DNA from: Trichoplax adhaerens
Taxonomy: Eukaryota > Animalia > Placozoa
DNA length: 64,000 bases
NCBI RefSeq assembly: GCF_000150275.1
Contig: NW_002060947.1
Span: 4,268,335-4,332,334 of the forward strand
Direction of reading: 5' to 3'
The notes beneath the pieces were generated by a model, which was given only the letters and a program-made list of their open reading frames with translations, did not search any database and was not told the DNA's origin. The translations under genes were made by a program, and so were the position numbers. Position 1 is the stretch's first letter, and every line of letters begins with the position of its first letter. Positions 33,774 through 48,409 of the stretch are shown here, piece after piece.

Positions 33774-36700
33774 TTAAACTACACTGTTACGTTCAGCTAA
33801 TACTTTCGATGATGCAGTCGAAGAATTGGTATGACTGACTTTTTTAGCTGTTTTAGGTGTTAAAATGCCTAATTTTTTTCTAAGTACACTACCGGCTCTA
33901 TGACTACTGCGCGTAACCTTTTTGGCCGAATTAGTGTAACCATTTTGACTAGTTGATTTAGTCTTATCCTGTTGATTGCGATTTGGCTTTTTAAATTCGA
34001 TAGCTTGATTTTCATTGGTAGTCGATGATAGCACTGTAGGAGCATTATTACCATTAGATGATAGTAAAGCATCTAAATTTCTTGATCGATGGCGCAATCG
34101 AACGCGTTTACTTTCATCATGCGATAATTCGTTGGTGGCATTTCTTTTTTGTTTACTATAATTCGGATGGTTGTTATTATTACTAACACTAGTTTTAGCT
34201 GCTAATGTACTACCGTGTTTAATTTGCTCTTCAGTTATCAAAGTATCATTTGAGATTTGCAATTCAATTGGATAAGATGATTGTAAATGCGATGGATTTT
34301 GTTGATTTCGACGATTTAATTCACCTAAACGAGTCCAATCAAAATGTTCTGGTTCATCATCTACCGTCATAAGACTACCAACAGTATGTAGGCAACCTTT
34401 ACTTGTACCACGAATATATGTACTAGCTAAACGCCGTGATGCTTGTACTTCATTATCATCGATACTGCTTTGTTCTTGTTGATGTAGATCTTGTTTCTGT
34501 TGCTTAGTATTGTCGTTCTCTTTCAATTTAGCAGCAATATCATTAACAATATACGTAATACTTTTACGATTAGAAAGCTTTGATTTAATTGATGAATTTA
34601 GTGATCTGTTATGCGAGACTGAGTCATCCAAGCTATCATCAGAGTAATACTCGTTTAAATCACGTTGAATTCTATTGGAGCACAATACTGATGTATCAAG
34701 TATCGATTGGTTTGTTGTGTTTACTGCGATTGTTGTGGCTGCTGTTCTTAGAGATTTTATGCTTCCCATTTTAACATGATCATGATCATTATCATCTTTT
34801 AATTTACTATGGTCTTGCTGTTGCGATGACGACGACGATGGATTATCCTGTATATATTTCAATTGAGTATCTAATGAACGTACTTGGCCGCGCAGACGAT
34901 TGTTAATTTTTTGCTCTTCTCTCAATTTAATTTCAGCAACATGTTTACCTTGGCTTAACAAATCATTATCGCGAACAAGGTAACGGATTTTATTATATAA
35001 CTTGGCCAATTCATCTTCTTTAATATTAAATTGACTTTTACGGCCATCATTATTAACGGGTATAACTTTTTCTGGATTATCTTTTAATTCCTCATATTTT
35101 GTTCTCATTTCTTTATATTGTGATTGTATATCCTGCAACGATTGCGATAATAAGATAGCATTATTGGTTGTAGTATCAGCTTGTTCTTTTTGTATATGTT
35201 GCAACAATTTATCTTGATACTCAGTTGCTTTCTTTTCTAATTGAGCTAAATTATTATCTTTTAAAATTAATTGACTTTTCAGTTGATTAATATCTTCATC
35301 ATTCTGAGTTAATTTCTTTTCTAATTCTTGCACGCGATCATTAGTAAGACATTTGTTATGCTGTTCGTCTTGTAGTTTTTTGTTAAGTTCTTGAATGTCA
35401 CTAGATAATTTGCATTTTTCTTCTGCATTGCTCTGTAAACTATTTTGTAATTGATTACATTTCAAGCGATAATCATTGGCACATTGATGCGCTTGTTTAA
35501 TTTCGTTATCGTAACGTTGATGCAAGGCAACTTCTTCACTTAATTGTCTAGCCAATTCTTGTTGGTCCTTTAACCATTGCTTTTCCGATAACTTTAATTG
35601 ATCAACTTGTTTTTGTAATGATTTCTTGAGGTCATCAGTTTCTTTCTGATACCTCACTTCAGTTTCAGTCAATTTTGATTGCAATTGATCGATTACTTTC
35701 TTGTTTTTAGCTATTATCTGCTGATTCTGATTTAGTTCTGTGTCTTTCTCTTCTTCTGCTTTGGTTAATTGTTCTTTAAGTATTCTCTGATTTCGTTCAT
35801 TATCTTTCTTATACTGATCATGTAAGGCAGTAATTTCTACCTTTAATGACGCGATAATATCATCTTTTTGTTGAATGCGTTCGTTAAGATCTTTCTTCAA
35901 TTCCATTTTAAGATTTTGAACTTCATTATTAGCAAGCATAACTTTCTCTTCAGCATTTTGTAACAATGCTTGATGATTTGTATCCTTCTCGGTTAAATTA
36001 TCATTCATTGATTTAATTAAATGTTGTTGTTGACTTAATTGCTTTTCATATTTTTTAACGGCAACATCAAGTTCCTTTTCCAGTTGGTTAACCTTAACTT
36101 GTAATTCTTGCTTTTTCTCCTCATTGTATTGATATTTTCCTTTCAATTGACTGTGCATTGAGTCAAGTTCCCTTATTTGCTGCTGATAGGAAAAGGCTAG
36201 TCGTTGGTTATCTTCTTCTTTGGTGTTAAATTCAAGTTGTAATTGTTTTAATTGAAGCGTGTACTTTTCTTCCATATCAACTTTGGCTTTCTTAATTTGA
36301 TCAAGTTGCTGTTCTAATTCTTTTATGTTCATTTTCATTTGTGATGTAGATTTGTCCAGTTTTTCCTGAAGATTTTGTAAATCATTGGATAATTCTTGTT
36401 CTTTAGCATGATAATCTTCAATTTTTAAATTAAATGCTTCTTTCATTTGATGACGTTGTTCGATCTCATTTTGCAATTGATGATTAATATTTTCAATATT
36501 AGTTGAATGCTGCTTATGTATTTCTTCTATCAGTATTTGCTTAGCTGCAATATTGTGTTTAGCATCATCAAGTTGAGAGTTAGCTTCTTTAACTTTTACT
36601 TCTAAGGTTTCTTTGCACGTAAGCATATCCCGTAGTTGACTTTCAAGCTGAACATTTCGAAGATCGACATCATCTTTAATCGCTTTCATTTCATCAAGTT

Positions 36701-39700
36701 GCGTTTGAAGTTGATTAGTTTCGCATTCCAAGAGATTTAATCGTTCATGAGCTTCTAATGTCAAAGCCATACCACCAGTTGTTTCAGTTGCCTTAAAAGC
36801 TAAAAGAATATTATTTCAAAGAAAATTGTTAGACCGTTATATAAATATTATGTTACTTCACTATACTTTGACTACACCTATAAATTCTCAAATTTTAATT
36901 ACCAATTTCTTCTAACTGTTTTTGTTGTTCTTCAAATTGAACTGTGCGCTCTTTTAGTAATTCGGTAGTTTGTTCTTGTGCTAGCAGTAACTATCAAGCA
37001 AGAGAAAATAAGGAACGAAGCCAAACATTTGAGGTTCTGATTGATTCTGTACACGGCAGTTTTAATACACTTGAGAACAAACTATGGTGTACATTGACTT
37101 TCTGTATACTCATCAAAGCTAATACGTAAATTTTATAGTGTCCTGGCTAATCATGAATCTTGAAGATTACAATGATTAAATATAGAATACGTTTTGATAG
37201 TATCATTCGATACAAATCTACGGAATGTATAATATCGTACCTCATTTCTTTCTTGAGTTAACTTAGAAACAGTAACATCTGCTAATGTCAATTTTCCTCG
37301 CAATTCATCAATTGCGGATTCCGCTTGATCTAACTGATTTTGGATATTTTGGTTTTCAATGTCAAAACGGTAGGTAGCTTTCAACTAATAAATATACAAT
37401 ATGAAATCAAGATAAAACATAATTAGCTGTATAATTTCAACTTTAAGGTCAATATTGAAGTATACAAACATATAATATAAATTAATTAGTAACGTAATCA
37501 ATTTCACAATTCAAAGTTCCAAAGTGAATTTTAACCGTTAGGCAATTTACTTTATCTTCCAGATTGTCTTTATCAGCAAGTAAATCTGCAACTTTGTTTT
37601 CCAATTCATTGTATCCGTTTCGAATACCCTCCATTTCGTGTAAGCGTTGCCGAAGTCTAAACAGAACGAAATCGTTTTAAATAGCTACTTTTTTACTCCG
37701 TAGCGTATTGACCAGTTGTTACGATTGTGATGACATAAACAGAAATTATGCGAATGCATTTAATTAATACAAAAAATGATAAAAATTAATGTACATGTAA
37801 TAAGAAACAGTTATCGCAGGCAACTATGTATAAAAGTAGTTATAAAGCATGAACTATGTACATGCATGTATATTATATTGGTATTCAATGATACTGAATA
37901 TAATTTTAAAGCCAATGGTATAATTCCTTACTTATCAATTTCGCAGTCTTTTGAATCAACATGATCTTGTAACATCGCGATGCCATCTAATTGTTGCTTA
38001 ACCAGATTAAGCTCACTGACTTGTTTGGTTAATTCTTTAATTTTTAGCTCTTTTTATATAAAGAGATTTAACTTATTAGCATTAAATATATTCTAAAATT
38101 GTTTTTAGCTAAGTATTCAGACTTAATTTTTTTAAGATTTATTGTATTGCATAAAAGAACTCACCTTTTTCCTGAATGATTTTGTTTTTTTCATTTAACT
38201 CCGATTCAAACTCAACTTCATTACCTTTATGAGATTTAAGTTGCCTTTTTAATGTGTCGATTCTTCTTTCCATTTGCAGTTCTTTCATCTATTTTAGAAT
38301 TAAATAAAAGATAATTAAAAAATTTTCGTAGGTTAGGTTTATCAATCACTTTTATAGTTTTCAGAGCGTAAATTTTTTATGTAAAAAGGTAGGTAAAAAT
38401 ACCTGCTTTTGTCTGTTGGCAAGATGTGGAGAGCAAAAGTTCTTTGCTATCATAGGTGAATATGCCATATTTATAAAACTGGGTTCTCTGGGAGATGAAG
38501 ATAAACAATATTCATCTTCTAAAATGCTCATTCTATCTACGTTCCCTAGTTTGATGTCAAAAGAAGTTGAAATATTTTTGAAAGTTAGTATTTTATCTCC
38601 ATTTCTAAAACCTAAAGTCATAATTTTCAAGTTAGGAAATAACTAACCATTTAACTTTATATTTTCTAATAGTGAACTAGTTAATTCGTTAGTCTCAACT
38701 AGATCTGATACATGTTCTATTGCACTCTTGATAATTAATTGCACGTTGTTGTCCAGTTTGGTAATACAATTAATAAATATGGCCACATTATTACAGTGTA
38801 CAGCACAGCTTAATAATAGTGTAACCACCTATATAAGAAATATGTAAATGATATAAAATGTGTTATGATCGGTATTTTAATAATAACATTACCAACGTCA
38901 AGTAAAGCCAAATTTTAGGTTTATATCCAATTTACTAATTTTAAGTAATTTAACTAGTTCTTTGAATGATAGTGGTATTTATTGTTTATAAGATCTACTG
39001 TAATGATAATTTAACAATATTTCAATTTCATACTTGGTTAATTTGTTCTTATTAAGATTAAATGGGTAGTTGTGCATACCGCCGATATTCGAAGTACTTA
39101 ATGTACTAACAATTAATTACTTTGAAATAAGTTGATATTTATGACACATACTTAATATTAGGTAAGACATGTTGGTGACTCAATATTTACCTTCATAATT
39201 TCGTCAGTATCGCAATTGACAACGATTTTCTTGCTACTGACAATATTTTTTAAAGGCTGTTGATAGAACTCTGTTTAAGATGATATAATCGACGAAATAT
39301 TAACTTTTTAGTAGAGCTTTTAACATCTACGATTTGAGATAGAAAACTACTACAATTATAGACCAGTTAATCATAATTAATGACTTTTATTACCGTAATC
39401 TATATTTAATGGTTAGATACAAGTACAGCTCAGTTGCAATAGAATATGAAGTTCTATTTCAATGTATTAAATAAGGCATTTCATGTTTTTTTGACTATTT
39501 CTACTTTAGTAATAATATCTATTGAGATATATAAATTTATCCTCATTTTTTACCTTCCATATAAGCAAATATTGCGCGATAGCGAGATTGCGGAGAATTA
39601 TCATTTTCGGTAGCATTAACTTTACATGTATCTTCACCGCTATGTAAGAAAATAATTTTACAAAATAAAGGCCATGCGTAATAAAAAATATTATGTACAG

Positions 39701-42700
39701 TATTTGAACTAAAATAAACAGCATTGATTTTATAGTACAAATTACCTAAATCGTCTAATTACTTATTCTCAGAAAAGGAGCAATCGAAATACATTAACAA
39801 TTGTACCGCTTGTATTGCATTATAGCTAACATTAACGGTACTTAAGACTTTGGCGGTGCTCATATACTCGATCAGGAGAGTTATTGGTACGATTTGAGTG
39901 AGTTATATTAATAATTGTATTATTAAAAAACAATATATAAAAGCAATGTACTACAGCGCTGGAAAGTAACGGTTCATAGTCAAAGATCTAATTTAGTTAA
40001 CCTTCAGTAGACACTATATGACAATATGACGTAGTAAGTCATTCTCGAGTCCAGCTGATATCAAGATTGATATTAGCCGATCAGATATAAGATGTTAACC
40101 TTATTGGTTTTATATCGAATGATCACTCGAGTCCAAGTATTATTTATTTACATAATTTCGGGTAATGATATTTACTACCTTGTAAATGTACATTTTACGG
40201 ATAGCTGTAGTGGAAATAACATGTAAAATATTTACTAAGCGATTAAGCCAATCAGTTTTTAATGATAATTGGTTTAAAATTTGGTTCTACCAAAGGTGCT
40301 AATTAATGCACTGTTATAATAATTTAAATAATCATGTGTTCTACTATTATTAAAGAGCCAATACCAACTGAAATTTTATTACTACATTATGACGTTATCC
40401 AGTTGCAGATGTATCATGATGTTGTATTCTTTAGTAAGGATAGAGAACTATGTTAGGGGATAGATGTACTATATCTATATATATACATATACTACATATA
40501 CAAGTATACAGATAGTTAAATTACAATAGTATGACCAGATGTTTTCTCACTAAAAGAGATTTTTCGCAACTATTCTATATTACGTAGTGTTGTAGACGTC
40601 TATAAATCAATCTATAACTTATAATAGATTTCCTGTTCTATTAATTACATTGACACAGTAGCAGTTGTGCTTACTAAAAGTTAATTTTGAATACTTACAA
40701 TAATTTTAAAATATTGAATAAGATTTGTCCATCTTGTAATTCTTGATAGTGCTTAACTGTAGATGATATTACACCTGTACTGTTAATCTATAGCCATTTA
40801 AGAAACAGAAAATTAGATATGTAGACAAGGCAATAATGTAGTATAATGTTATTAAATATACAGTGCAACATGATCAAGATTTGTTACGGTATAAAGCAAT
40901 TTTATGTTAATTTAACACAAATTACACAAATTAGAGTCATTGTCAGGAAATAGATCTCATGGCATGTTAAAGTAATTAATCAATTAAGCTATCTGTGATA
41001 CAGGCATGTAAATGTTGTCCTCTATATGTGATATCTTGACTTTAAAATGATTTCCCAATTCTATTTTGCAAACATTTAGGAGGATATTAATAAAAAGCCT
41101 CCAGGCATTGTCGTAGATTCAAATGTCTGTTGTCTACGATAACAATAGAAATAATGAATAGCAGCAGACTGTAAACAATAGCTGGATGAAATTTATTTAT
41201 ATAACATCGACACGCATTGATCAATTATTTGATAATAACATATTGATCGGCTATTTCGTCTTGTTTATCATTGTTATAGTAAGAACTAGATAATCAGTCA
41301 TAATCTATTGTAGATATGATCGGTTTATTTACATGACAAATAAGTAACCATTTAGATATTAATTATTGACAATTCGATTACTACTTAATAGATTTGCTAA
41401 GGCATGTCATAAATGTAGATAAATAGGAGAAAAAAGTAGAAGGCCATGGTGAATGCTGACGCCGATATTTTACATTTTTCATCCTGAAATAGTTGGACCA
41501 ATTCGTAATTTACACAACATGCAATATCATAGAACGATGCCGATACTACCTTCTAATGTAATTTTACGTTTGAATACTTTGTAGTATTTTTTTAATTTAA
41601 TCTACTTAGCCAAGATTGAAGGCCAAGAAAAAAATAGAAACAATAATAGAACTCGAAATTTCACATTTTTTGAAATAAATGCTTGGCTCATTATTAAAAT
41701 GTTAGACTTAGGTATAAGCACTCTTAATAGATTATTGTGAATAAAGGTACTTGAATTTCTATTTTAGCCAAGCTGTTATTGTCCAACTCAGCTTAATCGT
41801 GATTATGAATTTGCGTTTCCGTAGTAGATCACTGCAATCAGTCACATTCATTAAGCTGCAGTAGTTTATGGTATTTCTACACTTTAAAATAGGTTGATCA
41901 ATTTGTTAATGAATTTATCCCTTGATTTAGATGTGCCTGATAGAGTACAGTAGACGCATATAACAGTACCAAGCAGAAAAAATTTAAAAATATCAAACTC
42001 GACACTTTGTCGTTATACCTTGATGTGATTAATAACTACTAGGCGGCTAACTGTAAATCGTATCCTAAAAATATCAGATGACAGTCGTATACGAATCTTA
42101 AGATATTCCACGATAATGAATTTATCGCCTTCGTTGTCATCAATATTTGATGTAGATGAACGCTTGATATTAATATTTAACGCAAAAAATATGCTTTACA
42201 TTTAAATGGACAATCGTTGTTTATAGTCTATTACAGGTACTACATTCTATAGATCAATAAAACTATTTAGAATTTCTTCTCTCGTAGTTCTATGAACTAG
42301 TGATTGATAGACATCGCTCCAATTAATTGATTCTAGCATCATTTAGAGATATCGATTTATTCATAAAAATGTACAGTACAATTGCAAACGGAATACTAAT
42401 CCATTTATAACGTATTCAGACAAAAGGGCGAAAAGATTTCTTTTCTAAAGCGGTAAACACGCGAGATGCTACTTATCATCTACTGCATTTAGCATTCTTA
42501 TTAAATATAATGGAAGAGAGGATTAAAATTTTTTAGTCTTTTATGATGATGATATATTGTAGTTCTTTAGACTCTTTCAGATTTAGTTGTGAACCTAAAT
42601 CTTAGTCAATCGATTGTCAACTGAAGTACAATAATAAGCTTGCAATAGTTGGTTGAAAGAAATTTTCAGTATCTACTTATCTCTATCTGTCCACATTGTT

Positions 42701-43877
42701 TTAAATTAATATTTTCAAATATTGAACTATATTAGCGTAACAGATTGTTAATGAAACGCGGAAATAGTTGTAATTTCCCCTAAACTATTATTACAATTTA
42801 GAATAATAGAAGAATACGCCATTTCGAACGCAAACCAATGTTATCTTTTAAATTGAAATATGTATATTATAGACATATATCTATATTGCCTACTAAAGCC
42901 GTTTAATTGTTGAAGAAATTGTTAATCCTTGAAGGTAATTCTCTTTATTTGAAATGGGCAACTTGCTATTATTGTTCTAGTTATATTGCCCACAGGGTCT
43001 ACATTGCATATAAATACCGTATGGTTATCCTCTTCGTGGACGTTTAAACTCGTGCCACAAAAATACGCATATCAGTTTATTCTCGTTTATCATAAATTGG
43101 AATGGAACTAGTATAAGATGCTACTGTTTATGGAATGAAAACATTGTTCAATTGAAATATACGGTAATTGCATAATACGTCCAAGTTGGATCGATTAACT
43201 TGACAGGTTAAAGGCGAAAGAAACAAAATTGTAGCGTTTGAATGAGACTCTTTTATATGAGAGAGCTCTTGTTAAATCTCTATTTTACCTTGATGGCTAT
43301 AAATGATGAATTGCAAAAAATTTTCTTGAATAAGGATCTTATTGATTATTGCTATGATAGATGTCGTAAGTAAGAAAAGGCTAAAAAATCAGTCGAAATG
43401 GTTGTTATGCCCGTGTATTATCCTATGGGTTAATGCACAATACGTTAACTATAGTGTGCTATTTAGGAAATGTGATCGATCGCGATAAATAGGGGATTAT
43501 TATATCGATTTCCATATCTTCAGGAAATAATAACCTAGCAAGTTACACCATTTCAAAAAATAAGTCACTAGAGCCAAAGGACATAATATGATTCAGACTT
43601 TTTATCAATGGAAATGGCTTTCTTGATATTTTTGTTGTATTTTTACTAAGTTTGAAGTACTTTTATAGTTCTATCTATCCTACGAGTACTATATCATTTT
43701 TTTTAGATTGCAATTTTAACAACGCTCATTTACGTTGGTTACGGTTAAGTAATCGCACAGTAATCGTCATAACAAGCAGAAAAGGTACTTGCTGTTAGCC
43801 TATTTGTAGTTGATACTGATCCATTCTGAATAACTTACCCATTCTAAAAGCGCAATGTGAAGCTGCTTGTTTGTCAT
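33774..43877 (-). CDS. NUMA1: Nuclear mitotic apparatus protein (NuMA/Mud/LIN-5 family): Hook/CH-like N-terminus, long coiled coil, C-terminal NLM motif
   Basis: First coding exon 43839-43877 MTNKQLHIALLEW; exon 40699-40787 INSTGVISSTVKHYQELQDGQILFNIL; VTLLLSCAVHC (Hook domain); 3-kb terminal exon with coiled coil and DDEPEHFDWTRLGELNRRNQQNPSHLQSSYPIE, matching the NuMA motif DEPEQLDDWNRIAELQQRNRVCPPHLKTCYPLE. Confidence 0.85.
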
Positions 43878-44895
43878 GTTGACATCCAGGCAAAATGCAG
43901 TTTACGGTCGAGAATTAATTAATAGAGCCACCAAGGGTGTAAGTATTTGACCACAGCGAGGGTTTTCCTTTTTATGATGCCAACTGCTATAATAAAAGTA
44001 GAGGATAAACCACGTGAGAATGGCCTTACAGTTTTGTTAATAGCAATAGTTTAACCAGGAGAAAGCCATCATATTCTTTATGACTAACAATGCAATACTA
44101 CTGTATAGACAATTAAAAGGATCGACAACAACAACAACAAAAACTTTCTCTTATCCTTTTACTGGAATTTTATTTTTTTTACCGATATAAGCCCTTTCAG
44201 TAAAGGATATTATGTCGACTAGCACGTTTTATAGGCTGCTTGATTATGATGAAATGGGTCATCGATCAAGTTATTAGCAGATAGAAACGTGTTGAAAATT
44301 GGAGAAAGGAAATACGCGCGTATAGGAAAATAGCAATTTCACACATATACGCGTACAGTGTCTATAAAATCAATGTTTCCGCTACAATCTAAAAATAAAA
44401 AGTACAGTAGGATACTACAGTCAATTTTGAACAAGTCATTGATATGTTGATATTGTAGTGCAAATGGATCATCAATAAATGGCTTCGAGATTGGTATACG
44501 GACTAATGTACAAAAAGAGATTAGGAATAGACTACTGGATTTATAGTCATCCATCGATTAGGCTTCATGACAAATATAGTTAACTATGATCATGATATCT
44601 ACTGCAGCCTATTGACGTTGAACATTTTAATTTTACGGAAAAAAAAGAATGGACACCGATGTTTAATCATAGTCATATTTAGTAATTTAAAATGTATTGT
44701 GGACATAGAGTAACTAAAGAAAGATAGAATGTTCGTTTATCGTTGACATACAGTAGAGAAGTTGATGGATAAATAATACGTTAGTATGCCTGCTTTGAGT
44801 GGTTGTTGAAAGCATGTAATTGCTTTCTACTACAGTACACTAAGTCAACTTGTACACTACTGTACCAGTAGAGCAAGTCAAGAATTGCTTGATAA

Positions 44896-45068
44896 GTTAT
44901 TGTTGTGCTTGTGTTGGATGTTGTAGGAAAATGGATGAAGATCGATATTTTATCCATCATTATAATCAGTCAACCCTTGAATGTGAGTTATTGTTGTGCT
45001 TGTGATGGTTGAAGATCGATGTTTTATCCATCATTATAATCAGTCAATCCTTGAATGTGAGTCATTGT
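44896..45068. repeat. Short tandem duplication (about 90 + 74 bp) in the NuMA 5' region
   Basis: agttattgttgtgcttgtg...tgaagatcgatRttttatccatcattataatcagtcaaYccttgaatgtg occurs twice. Confidence 0.85.
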
Positions 45069-46054
45069 GCTATTTCATCTTATTGAAAATGGAGCAACAG
45101 AATAGAATGTCAATAGTAGAGATTGAACTCGATCATGGAAGTCTACGCGTATGATGGATGATTGATCGGAATGACAATATCGACATCCTGTACAACTAGT
45201 GATGTTTGATTACTTACTTAATACTCCCTTATCAAGTTATGCCTCCCATTTACTATTGGAGTCGGGGTGTATACTAAACAGAGTACAATATATCAATATC
45301 GGTTATATTGATAATATACGAGAATGTAGAAGGAATAGAATGTCCAAAGAGTCATCGATATGAAGACATGACGAAAAATAAGACTAAGTGAAAGGGTATT
45401 GTATTGGCTAGGGATGGCAAGACGAATGCAGTACGTATCCGTGATAGCGATATTTTCGACGATAACGTTATGCTGTTATTCTTCTAGGCTTGTTATTAGG
45501 CGGTCTCCCAATTTCAGTTATAACACCTATGATTGATAGCATAGAAAACTTGAGAGACTATTACAATCCAAGCCAAATGGATCACTACCTATTCTCTGGA
45601 GAAGTCGTAAATCGATACGAGGCGTTTTCAAAAATCTCCTTTCCAATTGTCAATGAATGAAGCTCAACAAGAACCATCTGTACCTATTTAGCGTCGTTTA
45701 ACAAATTTCATTTACAGTCTCTATCCTCGATACATCTCTCTCTCTACACACACACATTAACAATCCATGAGCTACCTTAACAATAAGATATCCTAGTAGA
45801 ACGTGATGTGAACATTGTTGCTATTGGAGGTGGCCATTTCAATTGCTAAATCTTCTCCAAAATCGATGAAAAGTTTTGAAAACTAGATAAACCAACTGGT
45901 AACAATAACCGAATTAACGTAACATCTGTTGCAACAATAGACAATAGCCAAAAGGGCTAGATAGCATTTTGAATTTGATGAGCATGCGTGTTAGACAGTT
46001 GCACGCCGTGAGCCGTTATTAGCGATTTTTGCATTCAAAGGCTAAAACTCGAAA

Positions 46055-46510
46055 ACTGTACAGTACAGTACAGTACTGTACAGTATGTATACTGTACACT
46101 GTACACTGTAAAAGACGACCTTTGGGCTGGAATCCGGCCCATAGCAGGGCTAGTTTGCAGTACGTAGACTGTAGTATGAACGACTTTCATGACTGTTCAG
46201 TTCTTTCATGGCCAAAAATGTGGAGGCTGCCTACTGTATTTTACTGTGCACAACCAGCGATAGTTGAAATGACCAGCAAAATCGTCAGCCAGTTCAGCTT
46301 CCACATTTTGCAGTCGTTTGGTGTTCACAGTTTGAAGTTTGAAGCCATGTGTGACGTACAGTATGTGTACACTGTACGTACAGTACTAACATTTCCAAAA
46401 TACTGTACTGTACTGTACTGTACAGTACTGTACAGTACAGCCTCCACCGCAATCTACAGTACCATCTACCTTGAGTACTGTACAGTACTGTATAAGGTAC
46501 TGTACTCCCT
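46055..46510. promoter_or_regulatory. CAGTA/TACTG pentamer island upstream of the NuMA 5' UTR
   Basis: Contains actgtacagtacagtacagtactgtacagta and tactgtactgtactgtactgtacagtactgtacagtacag. A candidate first exon lies on the - strand at about 45776-45900. Confidence 0.65.
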
Positions 46511-48409
46511 AGCATGGATTACTAAACTACACCGCGTAGTCCATGCCCGCAGGTTTCGATCAAGCCGCTGCTAGTTCATTCATTAATAATTAATTAATTA
46601 TATAATTTAACTATGAACTGTGAGGTTCAATTTGGTAATCGATCCGTACAGTTAAGAGAAATTTTACTCTGGATGTTTTCTTTTGGTTGAGCCACAGATA
46701 CGCCTACAGTACTTTAATGACGATGGCAGAGGAGGGCCAACCAGCCGCGTTCATTCTTCTCTTCTGTAACGACTTAATTAATATCTCTCGTCGTTATATG
46801 TATACTGTATACGCGTATGTTAGTGTATCTATGACGGACTACATCATTAATGCTATATATATATATATGCATATATAATTGCGTAGCCGACAAATGGCAA
46901 TACTATGGGTAGATACGATTATTCGTTATTTGCTGAAGAGAAAGAAAACAAACTTCGTTTAGTCCTTTCCAGGCTTACAGTATCATTAAACACTTCCTTA
47001 AGCAACAACGTGGCTATAATATGTATATAGCCGGATCGAGTTTTACTCATGGCATCTATGTTATATATATATATATTATTAATTCGGAAATTGAATAAGG
47101 TGGCATATTTATTATTAATTATTATAATACCGACGTGTAGTACACTACATTGTTGTAAAAGGTATTACGCATAGTGTCAAGGCTCTACCGGTTTACTAAT
47201 ATATACAGTAATGATAATAAATTGTAACTTATCACAAGTACAGTAAAGTGAATTGGCAGCCAATACTGTAGATAGCAGGTATCTTTAAAACATTGTCAAA
47301 TCTTCTTTTACGAATTTACTAATTTCCAATACCATATGTTATGAGACAGTCATTAGTACTACACATCAAGCTGCAAACAAGGACCCGGTAGCTGGTTTTA
47401 TTAAATAAGAACGTGTTATGTCCCGCATAATTAATGAAGAGTAACAAACACTACTGTATTATTTCATTGTAAGATAAACAGAATTAAACAGAGGGTCTCT
47501 AGTGCATATGTAACGGGGTATTAATAAAACAGAGCCTATGTATATACGAGTAAGATAGAAACATACTATAGTAACTCAATAAAAGACTTAATGGTTGGTT
47601 ATTCATAGATAGTGCAGAAAAAAAGGAAACTCTAAAAAATTGCAGCTAATCAATGGAAAGTGCAACTAACTACGTGAATACTGCAAATGACGTCCAGTAT
47701 TGTAAGCTACAAGTGACAAGCTAACTTTAGAATTTGTAGATAAATATGAGGCAATATTACCAACGCAGAACATCTAAGTTATTGATTCAAAATTAAATTA
47801 GGTTAATAAGGTGATACATAAGATTTCTTAATACTGTAGAAGTTAGGTAGTTGATATATCAGCCTTGTCCAAGCTCTTATTAACCAAGCTATTTCACGGA
47901 AGTTTACAGGAAAGGTGTTTCATACAGTAGATACGATAAGGAAGGTTACTTAAAAGTGATACTGTATCATGCTTAGCAGTAGTATCAAATGGTTAATATA
48001 TCGCATACGAGCATATATATATACACACTTTAAAATATCTTACTAAGCTGTACTGCAAATAAATATATATATATACGCGTATATGTAACAATCAGCAGAT
48101 AATTTACTAATTTAAAAGGCATAAACATTCTTTATTTTTATTATTTTTATTTTGCAGATCAATCTTTCGCAGCTAATATCGTATAAACGTTGTATACATT
48201 ACAATACAGTAAAGAACTCCTAATACGATAAAAGCTATGCAATTATCCATTCTTTTAGATAAACAGTGACTTGTAAGCAACCATTAATTTATATCTTGTT
48301 GTTGTCAGCAAAGCCAATTAGGTACCGAATAGAAATATGCAATATAAGCAATAAGAAAACTACACCATAAATGTATTATGATTAAAATGCTAAGTTAATT
48401 CCAACTTAA

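Noticed and set aside
46687-46878. Short + strand ORF (MTMAEEGQPAAF...) on the far side of the NuMA promoter island
   Set aside because: No recognisable homology or splice partners; it runs into AT microsatellite-like sequence.
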